A stretch of DNA of 64,000 nt from Nostoc sp. DedSLP01 (GCA_034530875.2 JAVRCJ020000019.1:64001-128000); one strand, 5' to 3'. Counted from the stretch's first letter, positions 1 through 10,473 are shown. The notes: generated from the letters alone by a model not told the origin. Made by a program: numbers and translations.

Positions 1-109
1 GCCATTTTTTTTGTCCTTTGATGTGTTAATAGTAATGCGGTCAAATTAAGATTAAGTTTTGGCTTACATATATGTAAATTTCCGATTTAAATGGAAATTT
101 ACTGAGATA

Positions 110-200
110 TATAGGAGTCCTAAATGATTGGTAAAATCTTGCATCAACGCTGTTAACAGCCACCAATGATATTTTCCACAACTCAAATAGGATTGCTATA
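110..200. mobile_element. MITE-like element (TATAGG...CTATA termini)
   Basis: Imperfect terminal inverted repeats tataggagtcctaaatga / tcaaataggattgctata. A related element lies at 18251-18380. Confidence 0.5.
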
Positions 201-397
201 GCGGCTTAGAATTTAATGAAAATAAGGAAAATTTATCATTTGAAATACAGCCTTAGCTATTTCCTTTTGCGCTTACCTCGTTCAGAACCTTTTGTTTAAC
301 CATGAATCTAAATTAAGCTGTTTTTTCAATAAATACAGCATGAAAAAGGCTTGAATAGTTAGGTGTTTGGAAAAAAATTAAAAGTGGTTTGTCTTAT

Positions 398-706
398 TTA
401 GTAATAAAAAGTCTTAGAGGATGTTTGAAAAGCCCTCTTCGCTGAATAAGTAGACTGAACTGGTGCAGCCCGATCGCCCAAAAAACTGCCGACATTAATC
501 AGTGCGCCGTAACTTCCGCGCTGTTTAAAGTGTTTGACGGCTACGCGGGAACCATAGACAACTCCCCAGAAGTTAGTGTCAAACATACGCTTCCTGGTAT
601 AGAAACGTCTTCACAGCCTCCGAAGATAGAGACACCTGCATTATTCACCCAAGTATCGAAGCCTCCGAACTTAGCGTTCGCTGTATCAGCAATACGATTT
701 ACATTT
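398..706 (-). pseudogene. Short-chain dehydrogenase/reductase fragment, frameshifted and truncated at both ends
   Basis: Minus strand reads VNRIADTANAKFGGFDTWVNNAGVSIFG (SDR NNAG motif), then shifts frame near 590 into KRMFDTNFWGVVYGS...INVGS...STYSA. It breaks off around the YxxxK motif and has no N-terminal GxxxGxG. Confidence 0.85.
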
Positions 707-966
707 AGAACTTATGCACTGAAGCCTGAAACCTAGATCCCCCCACTACCCCCCAAAGCTACCGTGTACACACAAATCATTCGATCCCCCTAAATCTCCC
801 TTTTTAAGGGGGACTTGAAGAAAATTTCCCAAGGGGGGGTTAGGAGGGATCGAAACGCTGTGAGGCAATTTTATAGGAGTTGTCTGTACACCGTAGCCTT
901 AAAAAGGGGAGAACTTCAAAGCCCCCTTTTTAAGGGAGTTGGGGGATCTGAGTGCGAAAGTCCTAA
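705..966. mobile_element. Nested MITE composite
   Basis: Outer TIR ttagaacttatgcact/agtgcgaaagtcctaa (13/16 match). Inner TIR gctaccgtgtacacacaa (758-775)/ttgtctgtacaccgtagc (880-897) (16/18). Also agatcccccc...gggggatct GC-run palindromes. Confidence 0.75.
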
Positions 967-1159
967 CATCTTCTTCACTATTGATGCCAAAAAGATTGAA
1001 AATTACATAGAAAATATTTGTAAAGAGTAAATATTATTTTTATACTTTTATCTCTAAAGTATTTAGCCCTGCAATATCCTATCTGACTTTACAAATATCC
1101 TCTTGAATGTAGTGACTTAAGTTAAAATCTGCTGTAGCTACAATTAAAACCTAGAATTT

Positions 1160-2011
1160 ATGAAATTTGCTGTTTCTATTATTAAACCATCTGAGTATCC
1201 CCATAGTGAAGCCTTTCAAGAAATAGGTGAAACTATTCATTATGGATTAACAGAATTAGGTTATGATTCGATATTAACTACAGCAACAAATTTAGGCGAT
1301 CGCCAATTAATTGTTTTAGGTGCAAATCTTCTTTCCTGGTATCCAGTCACTCTACCCTCTGATGCAATTATCTATAACCTGGAACAGATTTATCAAGGTT
1401 CTCAATGGTTAACACCAGATTTATTGAACTTATTTCGTCAATATCGTGTCTGGGACTACAGCCAAGAAAATATTTTGCAACTTGCCAAATTTCAAATCAC
1501 TAACGTTAGCTATTTACCAATTGGCTATGTACCCCAATTAACTCGCATCAATCAAATCGCAGAAGCACAACAAGATATTGATGTTCTATTTTATGGTTCG
1601 CTAACTCAAGAACGTTTGTCTATTATTAGAGCGCTTCAGGCTCATGGTTTAAATACTGTTGCGCTTTATGGAGTATATGGTGAAGAAAGAGATAAATTTA
1701 TTAGCCGTGCCAAGATTGTTATTAATATACATGCCTGCGAAAGTAAATTATTTGAAATAGCGCGTGTTTCTTATTTATTGGCTAATCAAAAATTTGTGAT
1801 TTCCGAACGTGGATTAAATCCAGCCGCAGAAGCTCCATTTTCATCAGGAATGGTCTTTGCAGACTACGATAAATTGGTCAATACTTGTCTAGATTTTATC
1901 CATCGACCTTGCCGCCGGAGGCAGATTGCCACAACTGGATTCGAGATTATGCAACAGCGATCGCAAGCTAACTATCTCCGTAGCGTTCTTGCATGTAAGT
2001 CTTGCAAGTAG
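1160..2011 (+). CDS. Glycosyltransferase (GT-B/CgeB-like)
   Basis: 283-aa ORF with DIDVLFYGS...R, AKIVINIH, FEIARVSYLLAN...VISE motifs. Confidence 0.7.
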   Translation: MKFAVSIIKPSEYPHSEAFQEIGETIHYGLTELGYDSILTTATNLGDRQLIVLGANLLSWYPVTLPSDAIIYNLEQIYQGSQWLTPDLLNLFRQYRVWDYSQENILQLAKFQITNVSYLPIGYVPQLTRINQIAEAQQDIDVLFYGSLTQERLSIIRALQAHGLNTVALYGVYGEERDKFISRAKIVINIHACESKLFEIARVSYLLANQKFVISERGLNPAAEAPFSSGMVFADYDKLVNTCLDFIHRPCRRRQIATTGFEIMQQRSQANYLRSVLACKSCK

Positions 2012-2083
2012 CATATATCAAAAAGCTTAAACAGCAGAAATTATATGACGATTTTGAAAACTTTGTCATCTCCAAGATGTACT

Positions 2084-2692
2084 TTAAGTTGGCGAAATTT
2101 CCTGATAAGCTTGGCGACATTGCTCGTAGTTATCTGGTAAAATTTCGCCATTACCAAAACATAATTGCTCGTGAGTAGTAATTAAAGTTTCATAAGGTTG
2201 TATGGGACTCACAGACGATCGCAGCAATTGCAGATATTCTCCATCTGTACGACTGAGTTTGTGGGGGGCAATGGCTTGCTGATGCAAGTGTTGTAACATT
2301 GCTAAATAAAGACAACGGCAAGCTTCACGGTAGTTACCTTGACGGTAAAATTTTTGCGATCGCTCCAACAAAACGGCAATAGATGTTTCACTAGAGGTAT
2401 TTTTGTCGCTCAAATCGCTGAAATTACCACCGCTATTCAGCCAAGAATATATATAAGGATTGAATTCTTCCCATAATCGCCAAACCACCCAAGCTACAAA
2501 TAAGCCCAATATTAACCAAAACAGGATTTTTAGTAACTCACCTACCCAAGGACTAATTGACCATCCACCAGGCAATTCTGGTAGAGATCTTTCCAAACGG
2601 TAGAACTGGTATTCCCACCATTCTCCGATTTTTTGTTGAAATTGAGAGAACTGCCAATTCCAGTTAGTTTTTTCAAAAGCTTCTGCGGACAT
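2084..2692 (-). CDS. DUF4129 domain membrane protein
   Basis: Likely start MSAEAFEK. One TM helix, then GNYREACRCLYLAML...SRTDGEYL...HEQLCFG. The upstream ORF extension is repeat-derived. Confidence 0.75.
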   Translation of the reverse strand: MSAEAFEKTNWNWQFSQFQQKIGEWWEYQFYRLERSLPELPGGWSISPWVGELLKILFWLILGLFVAWVVWRLWEEFNPYIYSWLNSGGNFSDLSDKNTSSETSIAVLLERSQKFYRQGNYREACRCLYLAMLQHLHQQAIAPHKLSRTDGEYLQLLRSSVSPIQPYETLITTHEQLCFGNGEILPDNYEQCRQAYQEISPT

Positions 2693-2901
2693 AGGGGGAG
2701 TGGGGGAGGTGGGGGATGGGGAAGTGTCGGGAGAGAGGGGGGAGATGAGGAGATGGGGAAGTGTCGGGAGAGAGGGGGGAGATGAGGAGATGGAGAAGTG
2801 TGGGGAGAGAGGGGGGAAAGATTTCTTCCCCATCTTCCCACACCTCCCACACCCCCCACACTCCCTGCTTGCCCAATGCCCCATGCCCCATGCCCTATTC
2901 C
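2693..2901. repeat. STRR-type purine/pyrimidine-skewed repeat element
   Basis: Tandem ggggaagtgtcgggagagagggggga units followed by complementary ccccacac and tgcccca heptamers. Confidence 0.85.
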
Positions 2902-3390
2902 CTACTCCCTAATAATTACTGACTCTTTTTGTATCATTATCCAGCCGATAACAGCAAGTAGGGCACCGAATGCTAGAAATCCTATGTCCCAAGCTAACTG
3001 ATTGGGGCCTGGTTTGACATGATGAATACCGAGGATTTGGTGGTCAATTACTCCTTCAACTAAGTTAAATAACCCAGCGCCAATCAGTATCGAACCAACG
3101 AAGGTCTGTGATGACCAAGGAACATCATCACGACCTCCAGCACGCCATAGCAAGGTTATTCCTACTACGGTTAATATCCAATCAAAGGCATGAAATAATC
3201 CGTCCCAGACCATGTTCAAATCTTGATTGGTATCGTTTGTCAGAGGCCGAATGTTGCTCAACATGTGATGCCACTGGAGCAACTGATGCAGTAAAATTCC
3301 ATCAACAAATCCTCCAAGACCCAAACCAAGAAAAACTCCGGCAATAATTAGAGGTGTGCGTCGGTTGAGGGTTGTACTTTTCGGCTCCAT
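2902..3390 (-). CDS. DUF2243 family membrane protein
   Basis: GFVDGILLHQLLQWHHM, WDGLFH, FNLVEGVIDHQILGIHHV motifs; likely start MEPK. Confidence 0.85.
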   Translation of the reverse strand: MEPKSTTLNRRTPLIIAGVFLGLGLGGFVDGILLHQLLQWHHMLSNIRPLTNDTNQDLNMVWDGLFHAFDWILTVVGITLLWRAGGRDDVPWSSQTFVGSILIGAGLFNLVEGVIDHQILGIHHVKPGPNQLAWDIGFLAFGALLAVIGWIMIQKESVIIRE

Positions 3391-3498
3391 TATCAACCTC
3401 ATAGAAGATTTTGTTACCAAAATAGAGGTTTTTTGGTAACGAAATCTTCTATCTTGAGGCAAGTGCGATCGCCTCATATCTATGGAATTTAAAATTAA

Positions 3499-3891
3499 TT
3501 AATCTTTGATTTTAATTTGCATACCCGCTTTTACTGGGTCGAAATTTTCGGGAAAATGGGTACTGCGATCGTAGTCTGCTTTTTCTAGTTTTGCTCCTTT
3601 GAGGTCAGCTTCGCGAAGGTTCGCTGACATTAACAATGCTCCCCTGAGATCGGCATCTCTTAAATTAGCTTGGCTTAAATCTGCAAAACTCAGATCGGTT
3701 CCCCTTAAGTTAGCGCCACTCAAATTAGACTCGCTCAAATCAGCATAGCTGAAGTCAGATCCTTTCAAATTAATACCTTGCAAATCAGCATTACCTAGTT
3801 CTGCTTTGCTAAAGTCTCGTTTTCCTGCTGCATAACTCTCCAAAATAGCAGCAGCATTATTAATAGACTGTTGAGAATTTACTTCAGACAT
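3499..3891 (-). CDS. Pentapeptide repeat protein
   Basis: YAAGKRDF followed by A(D/N)LxG repeats. Confidence 0.95.
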   Translation of the reverse strand: MSEVNSQQSINNAAAILESYAAGKRDFSKAELGNADLQGINLKGSDFSYADLSESNLSGANLRGTDLSFADLSQANLRDADLRGALLMSANLREADLKGAKLEKADYDRSTHFPENFDPVKAGMQIKIKD

Positions 3892-4224
3892 ATAACAGGC
3901 TCACAGGCTATATCATTAATTTCTTGTACTCAGGATTACATCATACAAAATGTCCAGTTAGACATTTGAGATAGCAAACTTTTCAAAACTTACTTGCTCG
4001 AGGAACTCGTATTAGGTAAACTAAGCGATCGCTTCAGAACAGTTTGAAAGTGCGAATTATTACTGACATTAAAATAATAAAAATATACAAAGGTGTGTCA
4101 GAACTAATCTCCATAACACACCCTCAAATTTATTCATGGGTTTCCCTACACCCCACACCCTACCCCCTTCGTGGTGGCTTGCTTGCACCAGTCTATCTGA
4201 CAAAGGTGAGGTAGTTGAAGCGTT

Positions 4225-4659
4225 CTAAATGTAATACATCAGTTCTTTTTGCTGTCGGATTGTTCTGCGATCGCAAAGATCTTGCAGTGTATATTTTTCC
4301 AATACAGAGTTAGCAGCTTGACGCGCTTCCAGCCAAACTTCCTGAATTAACTCACCTTCTACCGTGCTGGGAGGCGGCTCGGAAGTAGAGACAACATCTG
4401 ACCCTTCCATACAAGTAAAAGCGTCGAGTACTGTGATTGTCCTGGGGTCTCGTGCCAAAACATAGCCACCTTTGGCTCCACGTATACTCTTGATTAAACC
4501 TCCACGCCTTAATGTTGCTAGGAGCTGTTCTAAGTAGCGGTTTGGTATGTCTTGTAATGCTGCTATCTCGCGAATTTGCAGCGCGTCACCGTTAGGGTAG
4601 CAGGTTGCTAACTCTAACAGAGCTAGAAGTGCGTATTCTGATTTGTTAGAGATCACCAC
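4225..4659 (-). CDS. Rrf2 family transcriptional regulator (CymR-like)
   Basis: EYALLALLELA, YLEQLL, SIRGAKGGYVLAR; lacks the IscR three-Cys motif; ends MYYI. Confidence 0.92.
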   Translation of the reverse strand: MVISNKSEYALLALLELATCYPNGDALQIREIAALQDIPNRYLEQLLATLRRGGLIKSIRGAKGGYVLARDPRTITVLDAFTCMEGSDVVSTSEPPPSTVEGELIQEVWLEARQAANSVLEKYTLQDLCDRRTIRQQKELMYYI

Positions 4660-4906
4660 AGGCGTAATATTTTAAACTCACACCTAAATATACAAAGTTA
4701 CTAAGCCTATTTCCCTAAGCTTTTGCTTAGAAAAACTTTACAATCATCTAATTGTTGACCGGCTAACTCTACTTTAAAGGCTTTGAAAGATAAAACCAAA
4801 TATATTTTTTTTTTAATTTGATAAATAAAAGTGATTGATTTAAGTTAGTGTTGTTTTTTAGTCTCTGAAGAAAAGCAGAGAGTAGGGAATGGGCAAAGAA
4901 GCTTGC

Positions 4907-5530
4907 TTAGTAAATACTTCGCCAAGCTTTCACCGTGCCTTTACCAATTTTGCTATCAACAGTTTGGCCTCCTGACAAGACTAGTCTGATATCTAAGTTT
5001 TTATCTGGAGCATTTTTCAAAGCAGTGGCTAATTCTGGGCTGACGGCAAATGTGCCAGTTGAACCGTCTAATTGAAATACTTGTTCTCCGATTTTGAGGA
5101 AGAGTTTATCTACTTTTTGGGTAGTGACGAACCTGAGATGATAATCGGGTCTGAGATAGAGATCGCCTGCTGTATAGAAAGAATAACTTTCTTGGGCAGA
5201 ATTTACTATTACGAGTAGTCTAATGCTTGAAGGAGTCCACAAACTAATAACTTGTTTTGAAGCATTAGTGTATAAATAGCCACCTAAATAATTGCGATCG
5301 AAAACTCCAAATAACTCGCCTTCAAAAGGATCGACAATTTTCACTGGTTTTGACCAAGGTACATTCATGTTCGGTGACAAACCAGTTGATTTAACTACTG
5401 GTAAATTACTTGATGCTTGGGCGAGGTTAGCTATCTTTTGCACGCTGGAAGCGTTACAAAGTTGAGGGGAAAGCACAGCCAAGCTAGCTCCTAAAAATAG
5501 AAATGGGATTGTTTGTGATAAGTTCATCAT
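4907..5530 (-). CDS. Hypothetical exported protein
   Basis: 207-aa ORF with an N-terminal hydrophobic signal-like segment. Confidence 0.65.
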   Translation of the reverse strand: MMNLSQTIPFLFLGASLAVLSPQLCNASSVQKIANLAQASSNLPVVKSTGLSPNMNVPWSKPVKIVDPFEGELFGVFDRNYLGGYLYTNASKQVISLWTPSSIRLLVIVNSAQESYSFYTAGDLYLRPDYHLRFVTTQKVDKLFLKIGEQVFQLDGSTGTFAVSPELATALKNAPDKNLDIRLVLSGGQTVDSKIGKGTVKAWRSIY

Positions 5531-5688
5531 GAGTCAGAGGTCGAATGATATTGCAAAGGTATATCCAATACTTTCGATCTTAAAACTCTATTCATCGATT
5601 GGTAGCTGAATGTGAGTTTCCAATTTGCTCTAAATCAGGATGAATTTTCTAACGTTACTTTAGATTATTCTCAATTCTGAATTCTCTT

Positions 5689-6636
5689 TTATTTCTCACA
5701 CATCGATAACAGAAGACATTCCCAAACTAAGCGTGGTTGAGCGTAAGCAAGTAATTGTTTCCGAGCTTGTTCTAGCTGCTCAATTATTTTGGATTGATGC
5801 CACTGTTGCCAATAAAATTGTTGAAGGTAATCAATTAACCACAGTTGTGATTCTGTTTCTAACTCTTTATCAATTTTCTTGGCTAATTCTAAGGCGTTGC
5901 GGTAAGATTTCGGCGGTTTTTCCAAATCTGCCAAGAATTCACGGGGAATAGCTTGTAATTGCTCGTAAGAAGCGATCGCACTTCTGGCACTGCCAGCTGC
6001 TATATTCAATACTGCTTGATGTTGCAAAATTTCCTCATGACCTGTTTGCCTGAGTACGCTAGCCAAAGACTGTGCATCTAGGCGATAAAAAGGAATGCGT
6101 TGGCAGCGTGACACCAAAGTTGGTAGCACAGACTCAACTGTAGGTGCAATTAAAATTAATGTTGCTTGTCCTGGTTCTTCTAAAGTTTTTAGTAAAGCAT
6201 TAGCTGCTGCTTCTGCCATTGTTTGGGCTTCTTCTAGCACTACCACATTCCTTGGTGCTTCCAAAGGCGGACGACTGAGAAATTCGGTAATTTCGCGAAT
6301 TTGCTCTAGGCGAATTACTGGCGGTGTCTTACGCTTAATTCCTTTTTGGGCTGCTTCTGCTGCGGTGAATCTTTGCCCTTGGTATTGGTAAGTTGGTTGC
6401 ACCCACAATAAAGCTGGGTGGTTACCTTGACGCAAACGATTTTGTAAAGATGCAGTGGTTCCCATTGCACTGGAAAATAGCAATTCTACAAAACACCTAG
6501 CTGCTAAACTTCTGCCTACACCATCTGGTCCGACAAATAAATAAGCTGGAGAAACGCGGTTTTGTATGACAGCTTGAGTAAGTAATTCTACGGCTTGTTG
6601 TTGTCCTATAATTGGTGCAAAGGGATCGTTAAGCAT
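5689..6636 (-). CDS. holB: DNA polymerase III subunit delta'
   Basis: AYLFVGPDGVGR, NHP, AANALLKTLEEP, LPTLVSRCQ motifs. Confidence 0.93.
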   Translation of the reverse strand: MLNDPFAPIIGQQQAVELLTQAVIQNRVSPAYLFVGPDGVGRSLAARCFVELLFSSAMGTTASLQNRLRQGNHPALLWVQPTYQYQGQRFTAAEAAQKGIKRKTPPVIRLEQIREITEFLSRPPLEAPRNVVVLEEAQTMAEAAANALLKTLEEPGQATLILIAPTVESVLPTLVSRCQRIPFYRLDAQSLASVLRQTGHEEILQHQAVLNIAAGSARSAIASYEQLQAIPREFLADLEKPPKSYRNALELAKKIDKELETESQLWLIDYLQQFYWQQWHQSKIIEQLEQARKQLLAYAQPRLVWECLLLSMCEK

Positions 6637-6916
6637 TAACATGGGTCAATCGTAATTTGTATAACAGCAGATGCAATATTATGATTTCTTGCGATTTGAT
6701 ACTCTGCTATTTTTTTATAGCAACTGTCTTGGAAATTAAGCGATCGCCTATAAAAAGTTTTTGGGTTATCAAACGCAATAATCAGAATCTGATTAGTTAC
6801 AAATGTCGCAAATAAATAGCACTTATACCCATAATAAATACTTCTAGGATTAATCTCCGATCGCACAAACAAACTGGGAATACTAAAAGTAGGTATTTTA
6901 GGATTGCCTACACTTT

Positions 6917-9900
6917 ATGACAACAAACGATTATAAAACGTTAAATTTCCAAAATGTAGAAGAGTGTAACAAGCAGCTACAGTTAACAGTTGAGTACCAA
7001 AAAATTTTGGGGAGAATCCTAGCCAAAATTAGGGCATCCGTAAAGCTAGAATCTTTGTGTTCGACTTCTTGCCAAGATATTTGCCGACAATTGAAGATTG
7101 AGCGAGTTGCAATTTACCGCTTTAACCCAGACTGGAGTGGTAGTTTTATCAATAGTTTTGGCTTTGCCGAACCACGCTGGGATACACTCAGCAGTTTTGG
7201 ACAGGACTTAGTGTGGCAAGATTCCTATTTACAAGAAACTCAGGGAGGGCGATATCGCAAAAACGAGCCGTTTGCTGTCGCTGACATTTACGAAGCTGGA
7301 CACGCTCGCTGTCATGTTGAGGTATTAGAACAGTTTCAAATTCGAGCTTATGCGATCGCGCCTATTTTCATTGGGGCAAAACTATGGGGTTTACTCGCAG
7401 GCTATCAACACTCTGAACCCCGACAATGGCATTCTCAAGAAGTAGAATTTTTAGCCCAAGCCGCCAGCCATTTCGGTGTGGCAATGCAGCAAGCAGAAAT
7501 CTTAGAACAAAGCAAACAACGCACAGCAGAATTACAAGATGCAATTGCGCGGCAACGTGCGTTAACAGAAGTGGTGGGAAACATTCGCTCCTCTGTGAAC
7601 ACCGAAATTATTCTCAACACCGCTTGTCAGGAACTCTGCAAACTCCTGAAGCTAGAACGGGCAGCGGTTTATCGCTTCAATGAAGATTGGAGTGGCGAAT
7701 TTGTCAGCCAATTCGGTATGGTTGAGGCGCAATGGGATAGAACCAATCCATTTGGCAAAAATTTAGTTTGGGAAGATACCCACCTCCAAGACACCAAAGG
7801 CGGACGCTACCGCAATAATGAAAGTTTTGCTGTTAACGACATTTATCAAGCTGGACACTCACGCTGTCATGTCGATATTTTGGAGCAATTCAAGATTCGC
7901 GCTTATATTTTAGCCCCCATCTTCATCGGGCCAAAACTGTGGGGATTGATAGCAGCATATCAACATTCAGGGGCGCGTCAATGGGCAAATTATGAAGTTG
8001 AATTCCTGGGACAAGTAGGGGCGCAGCTGGGAGTGGCGATTCAGCAAGCCGAAAATTTAACCCAGTCGAAACAACAGGCGACGGCGTTACAAAATGCGAT
8101 CGCTCGCCAACGCGCACTCACAGAAGTCGTCGGCAAAATTCGCTCCTCTTTAGATATCGAATTAATCCTGAAAACTACTTGCCAGGAAGTCTGTAAACTC
8201 TTGCGGGTCGAGCGAGTCGGCGTTTATCGCTTTAATGAAGACTGGAGTGGCGAATTTGTCAGCCATTTCGGGATGGTAGAAGCACAATGGGATAGCATCA
8301 ATTTATTTGGCAAAAATCTAGTTTGGGAGGATACTCACCTCCAAGAAACCAAAGGCGGACGCTACCGCAATAACGAAAGTTTTGCTGTCAACGACATCTA
8401 CCAAGCCGGACACTCGCGCTGTCACCTGGATATTTTGGAGCAGTTCAAGATTCGCGCTTATGTCTTAACGCCAATTTTTGTCGGGCGGAATCTGTGGGGA
8501 TTGCTGGCTGCCTATCAACATTCTGCACCGCGTCAATGGGATAGCGTGGAAGTGGAATTTTTAGGACAAGTTGCCAGTCAGCTCGGAGTAGCAATGCAAA
8601 GTTCCGAGATGGTGACGCAAATCCAAACTCGCGCTGACGAGCTGCACAAATTTGCCGAACAGCGACGGATTTTATTTGATTTAGTCGTCCAAATTCGGGA
8701 ATCGTTGGATTTAGAGACGATATTTAAAACTACAGTACAGGAAGTGCGGCGATCGCTCAAAGCAGATCGAGTCGGTATCTTTCGCTTTGAACCTGATGTC
8801 GGTTTTTGTAGCGGTGAATTTATCGCTGAAGATGTGCTACCTAAATTTGATTCTGCCCTGGCCGTAAAGGTGCAAGACTATTGCTTTGGCGACCAGTACG
8901 CACCGCAATATCGTCAAGGACAAGTGCAAGTTATTTCTGATGTCAACAGCATTGGCTCGAAAGTGCCTCATCTTGATGTGATTGAGCGATTTCAAGTCAA
9001 AGCACAGATTGTTGTGCCGCTAATGGAAGGCGATGAACTATGGGGATTGTTATGCATTCACCAATGCACCCATGCACGTGATTGGGAAGCAGCTGAATTA
9101 GAATTTGTCACCCAAGTCGCGGCTCAAGTCAGCGTAGCCTTACGTCAAGCCAACTTGTTCCAACAATCGAGTTTGCTCGGTCAAACCCGTGAAGAAGCAA
9201 ACCAACTCGCCCAAGCACTTAACGAACTACGCACTGCCCAACTGCAAATTATCCACACAGAAAAAATGGCCAGCTTGGGACAACTAGTGGCAGGTGTTGC
9301 CCACGAAATTAATAACCCGGTTAATTTCATCCACGGAAACTTAGAACACGCGCACCAATATACCCAAGATTTAATGCGCTGTGTCGAACTTTATCAAGAA
9401 AATTATCCTAATGCCACATCAGAGATCCAACAGTTTTTAAAGAAAGCCGAAATAGAGTTTTTATTCGACGACTTACCTAAATTATTCCAGTCCATGAAAG
9501 TAGGGACTGAACGCATCCGTGAAATTGTCAGTTCCCTACGCAATTTTTCCCGCCTAGATGAAGCTGAATTTAAAACAGCAAATATTCACGAAGGCATTGA
9601 CAGCACGTTGATGATTTTGCAAAATCGCTTGAAGCCCTCATCTGATAGCCCGACGATTCATGTAATCAAAGACTACGATGCTTTACCTTTAATAGAATGC
9701 TATCCCGGTCAGTTGAATCAGGTATTTATGAATTTGCTGTCTAATGCCATTGATGCCTTAGAAGAACGAAACGCCCAAGCTACTGCCGAAGCAATGGCAA
9801 CAAACCCCAGCGAAATCCGAATTTCTACTTCCCTGCTCAATAATGACTGGATTGCCATTCGCATTGCTGACAACGGGCTTGGCATGGATGAAAAAACACT

Positions 9901-10081
9901 CTCTCGGTTGTTCGATCCATTTTTTACCACCAAAGTTGTTGGTAAAGGCACAGGACTAGGGCTTTCCATCAGCTACCAGATTGTCACAGATAAACACAAG
10001 GGCAAGATTTACTGCCAGTCTGAGCCTTCCAAAGGCACAGAGTTTGTGGTTGAACTGCCAATTCGTCAGGCAAAAAGTTGA
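6917..10081 (+). CDS. Four-GAF cyanobacteriochrome sensor histidine kinase
   Basis: Three GAFs with WxDxxLQ(E/D)TxGGRY...CH (red/green CBCR pattern), a fourth GAF with DYCF, HisKA AHEINNP, and HATPase N/G boxes. Confidence 0.93.
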   Translation: MTTNDYKTLNFQNVEECNKQLQLTVEYQKILGRILAKIRASVKLESLCSTSCQDICRQLKIERVAIYRFNPDWSGSFINSFGFAEPRWDTLSSFGQDLVWQDSYLQETQGGRYRKNEPFAVADIYEAGHARCHVEVLEQFQIRAYAIAPIFIGAKLWGLLAGYQHSEPRQWHSQEVEFLAQAASHFGVAMQQAEILEQSKQRTAELQDAIARQRALTEVVGNIRSSVNTEIILNTACQELCKLLKLERAAVYRFNEDWSGEFVSQFGMVEAQWDRTNPFGKNLVWEDTHLQDTKGGRYRNNESFAVNDIYQAGHSRCHVDILEQFKIRAYILAPIFIGPKLWGLIAAYQHSGARQWANYEVEFLGQVGAQLGVAIQQAENLTQSKQQATALQNAIARQRALTEVVGKIRSSLDIELILKTTCQEVCKLLRVERVGVYRFNEDWSGEFVSHFGMVEAQWDSINLFGKNLVWEDTHLQETKGGRYRNNESFAVNDIYQAGHSRCHLDILEQFKIRAYVLTPIFVGRNLWGLLAAYQHSAPRQWDSVEVEFLGQVASQLGVAMQSSEMVTQIQTRADELHKFAEQRRILFDLVVQIRESLDLETIFKTTVQEVRRSLKADRVGIFRFEPDVGFCSGEFIAEDVLPKFDSALAVKVQDYCFGDQYAPQYRQGQVQVISDVNSIGSKVPHLDVIERFQVKAQIVVPLMEGDELWGLLCIHQCTHARDWEAAELEFVTQVAAQVSVALRQANLFQQSSLLGQTREEANQLAQALNELRTAQLQIIHTEKMASLGQLVAGVAHEINNPVNFIHGNLEHAHQYTQDLMRCVELYQENYPNATSEIQQFLKKAEIEFLFDDLPKLFQSMKVGTERIREIVSSLRNFSRLDEAEFKTANIHEGIDSTLMILQNRLKPSSDSPTIHVIKDYDALPLIECYPGQLNQVFMNLLSNAIDALEERNAQATAEAMATNPSEIRISTSLLNNDWIAIRIADNGLGMDEKTLSRLFDPFFTTKVVGKGTGLGLSISYQIVTDKHKGKIYCQSEPSKGTEFVVELPIRQAKS

Positions 10082-10139
10082 ATCAGCTCCAAGATGCAGC
10101 TTTTGCTGTAGAGGTTTTGGAGAATCTAGATTGACAGTA

Positions 10140-10265
10140 AAGCTCTTGCAAAAAACACTTTTGCACTCTTGTGGGAAAAGGTTAAAGGTTAAAGGGGAAA
10201 GGAAAATACCAAACCTTTCCCCCTTTCCCTTTCCCCTTTTCCCTACTTCTGCAAGAAGTCTAGTG
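10140..10265. repeat. MITE/STRR hairpin
   Basis: aaaggttaaagg/cctttccc heptamer arms with end acttctgcaagaagtcta, related to 29549-29626. Confidence 0.55.
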
Positions 10266-10280
10266 ATTTTCATTTGAATA

Positions 10281-10312
10281 GTAGGGGCGCATAGCTAGCT
10301 GTGCGCCCCTAC
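10281..10312. repeat. REP-like palindrome
   Basis: gtaggggcgca-tagctagctg-tgcgcccctac; a similar palindrome lies at 56905-56953. Confidence 0.75.
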
Positions 10313-10473
10313 AAATTTTGTGTACTTTATGCGATCGCAAGTTCCTTGACATAAATAGAATAGATGAGATTTTACGTAAATTTACTGTTTGTTTTTTCTG
10401 GTCTTTGTGAGAGCGTCCTGTACATAAAATACGTTAAATCCATCGGTTTAGTGTATTTATTGAGGCGAAAAAT

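Noticed and set aside
530..1030. Plus-strand 68- and 71-aa ORFs
   Set aside because: Antisense to the SDR remnant or within the MITE nest.
2693..2901. Possible CRISPR array
   Set aside because: Low-complexity tandem units without unique spacers; no cas genes in the window.
2542..3001. Several overlapping G/P-rich ORFs
   Set aside because: They are translations of the STRR repeat tract; only the DUF4129 and DUF2243 frames carry family motifs.
9956..10277. Two ~100-aa ORFs after the kinase
   Set aside because: They overlap the kinase 3' end and repeat DNA and have no motifs.
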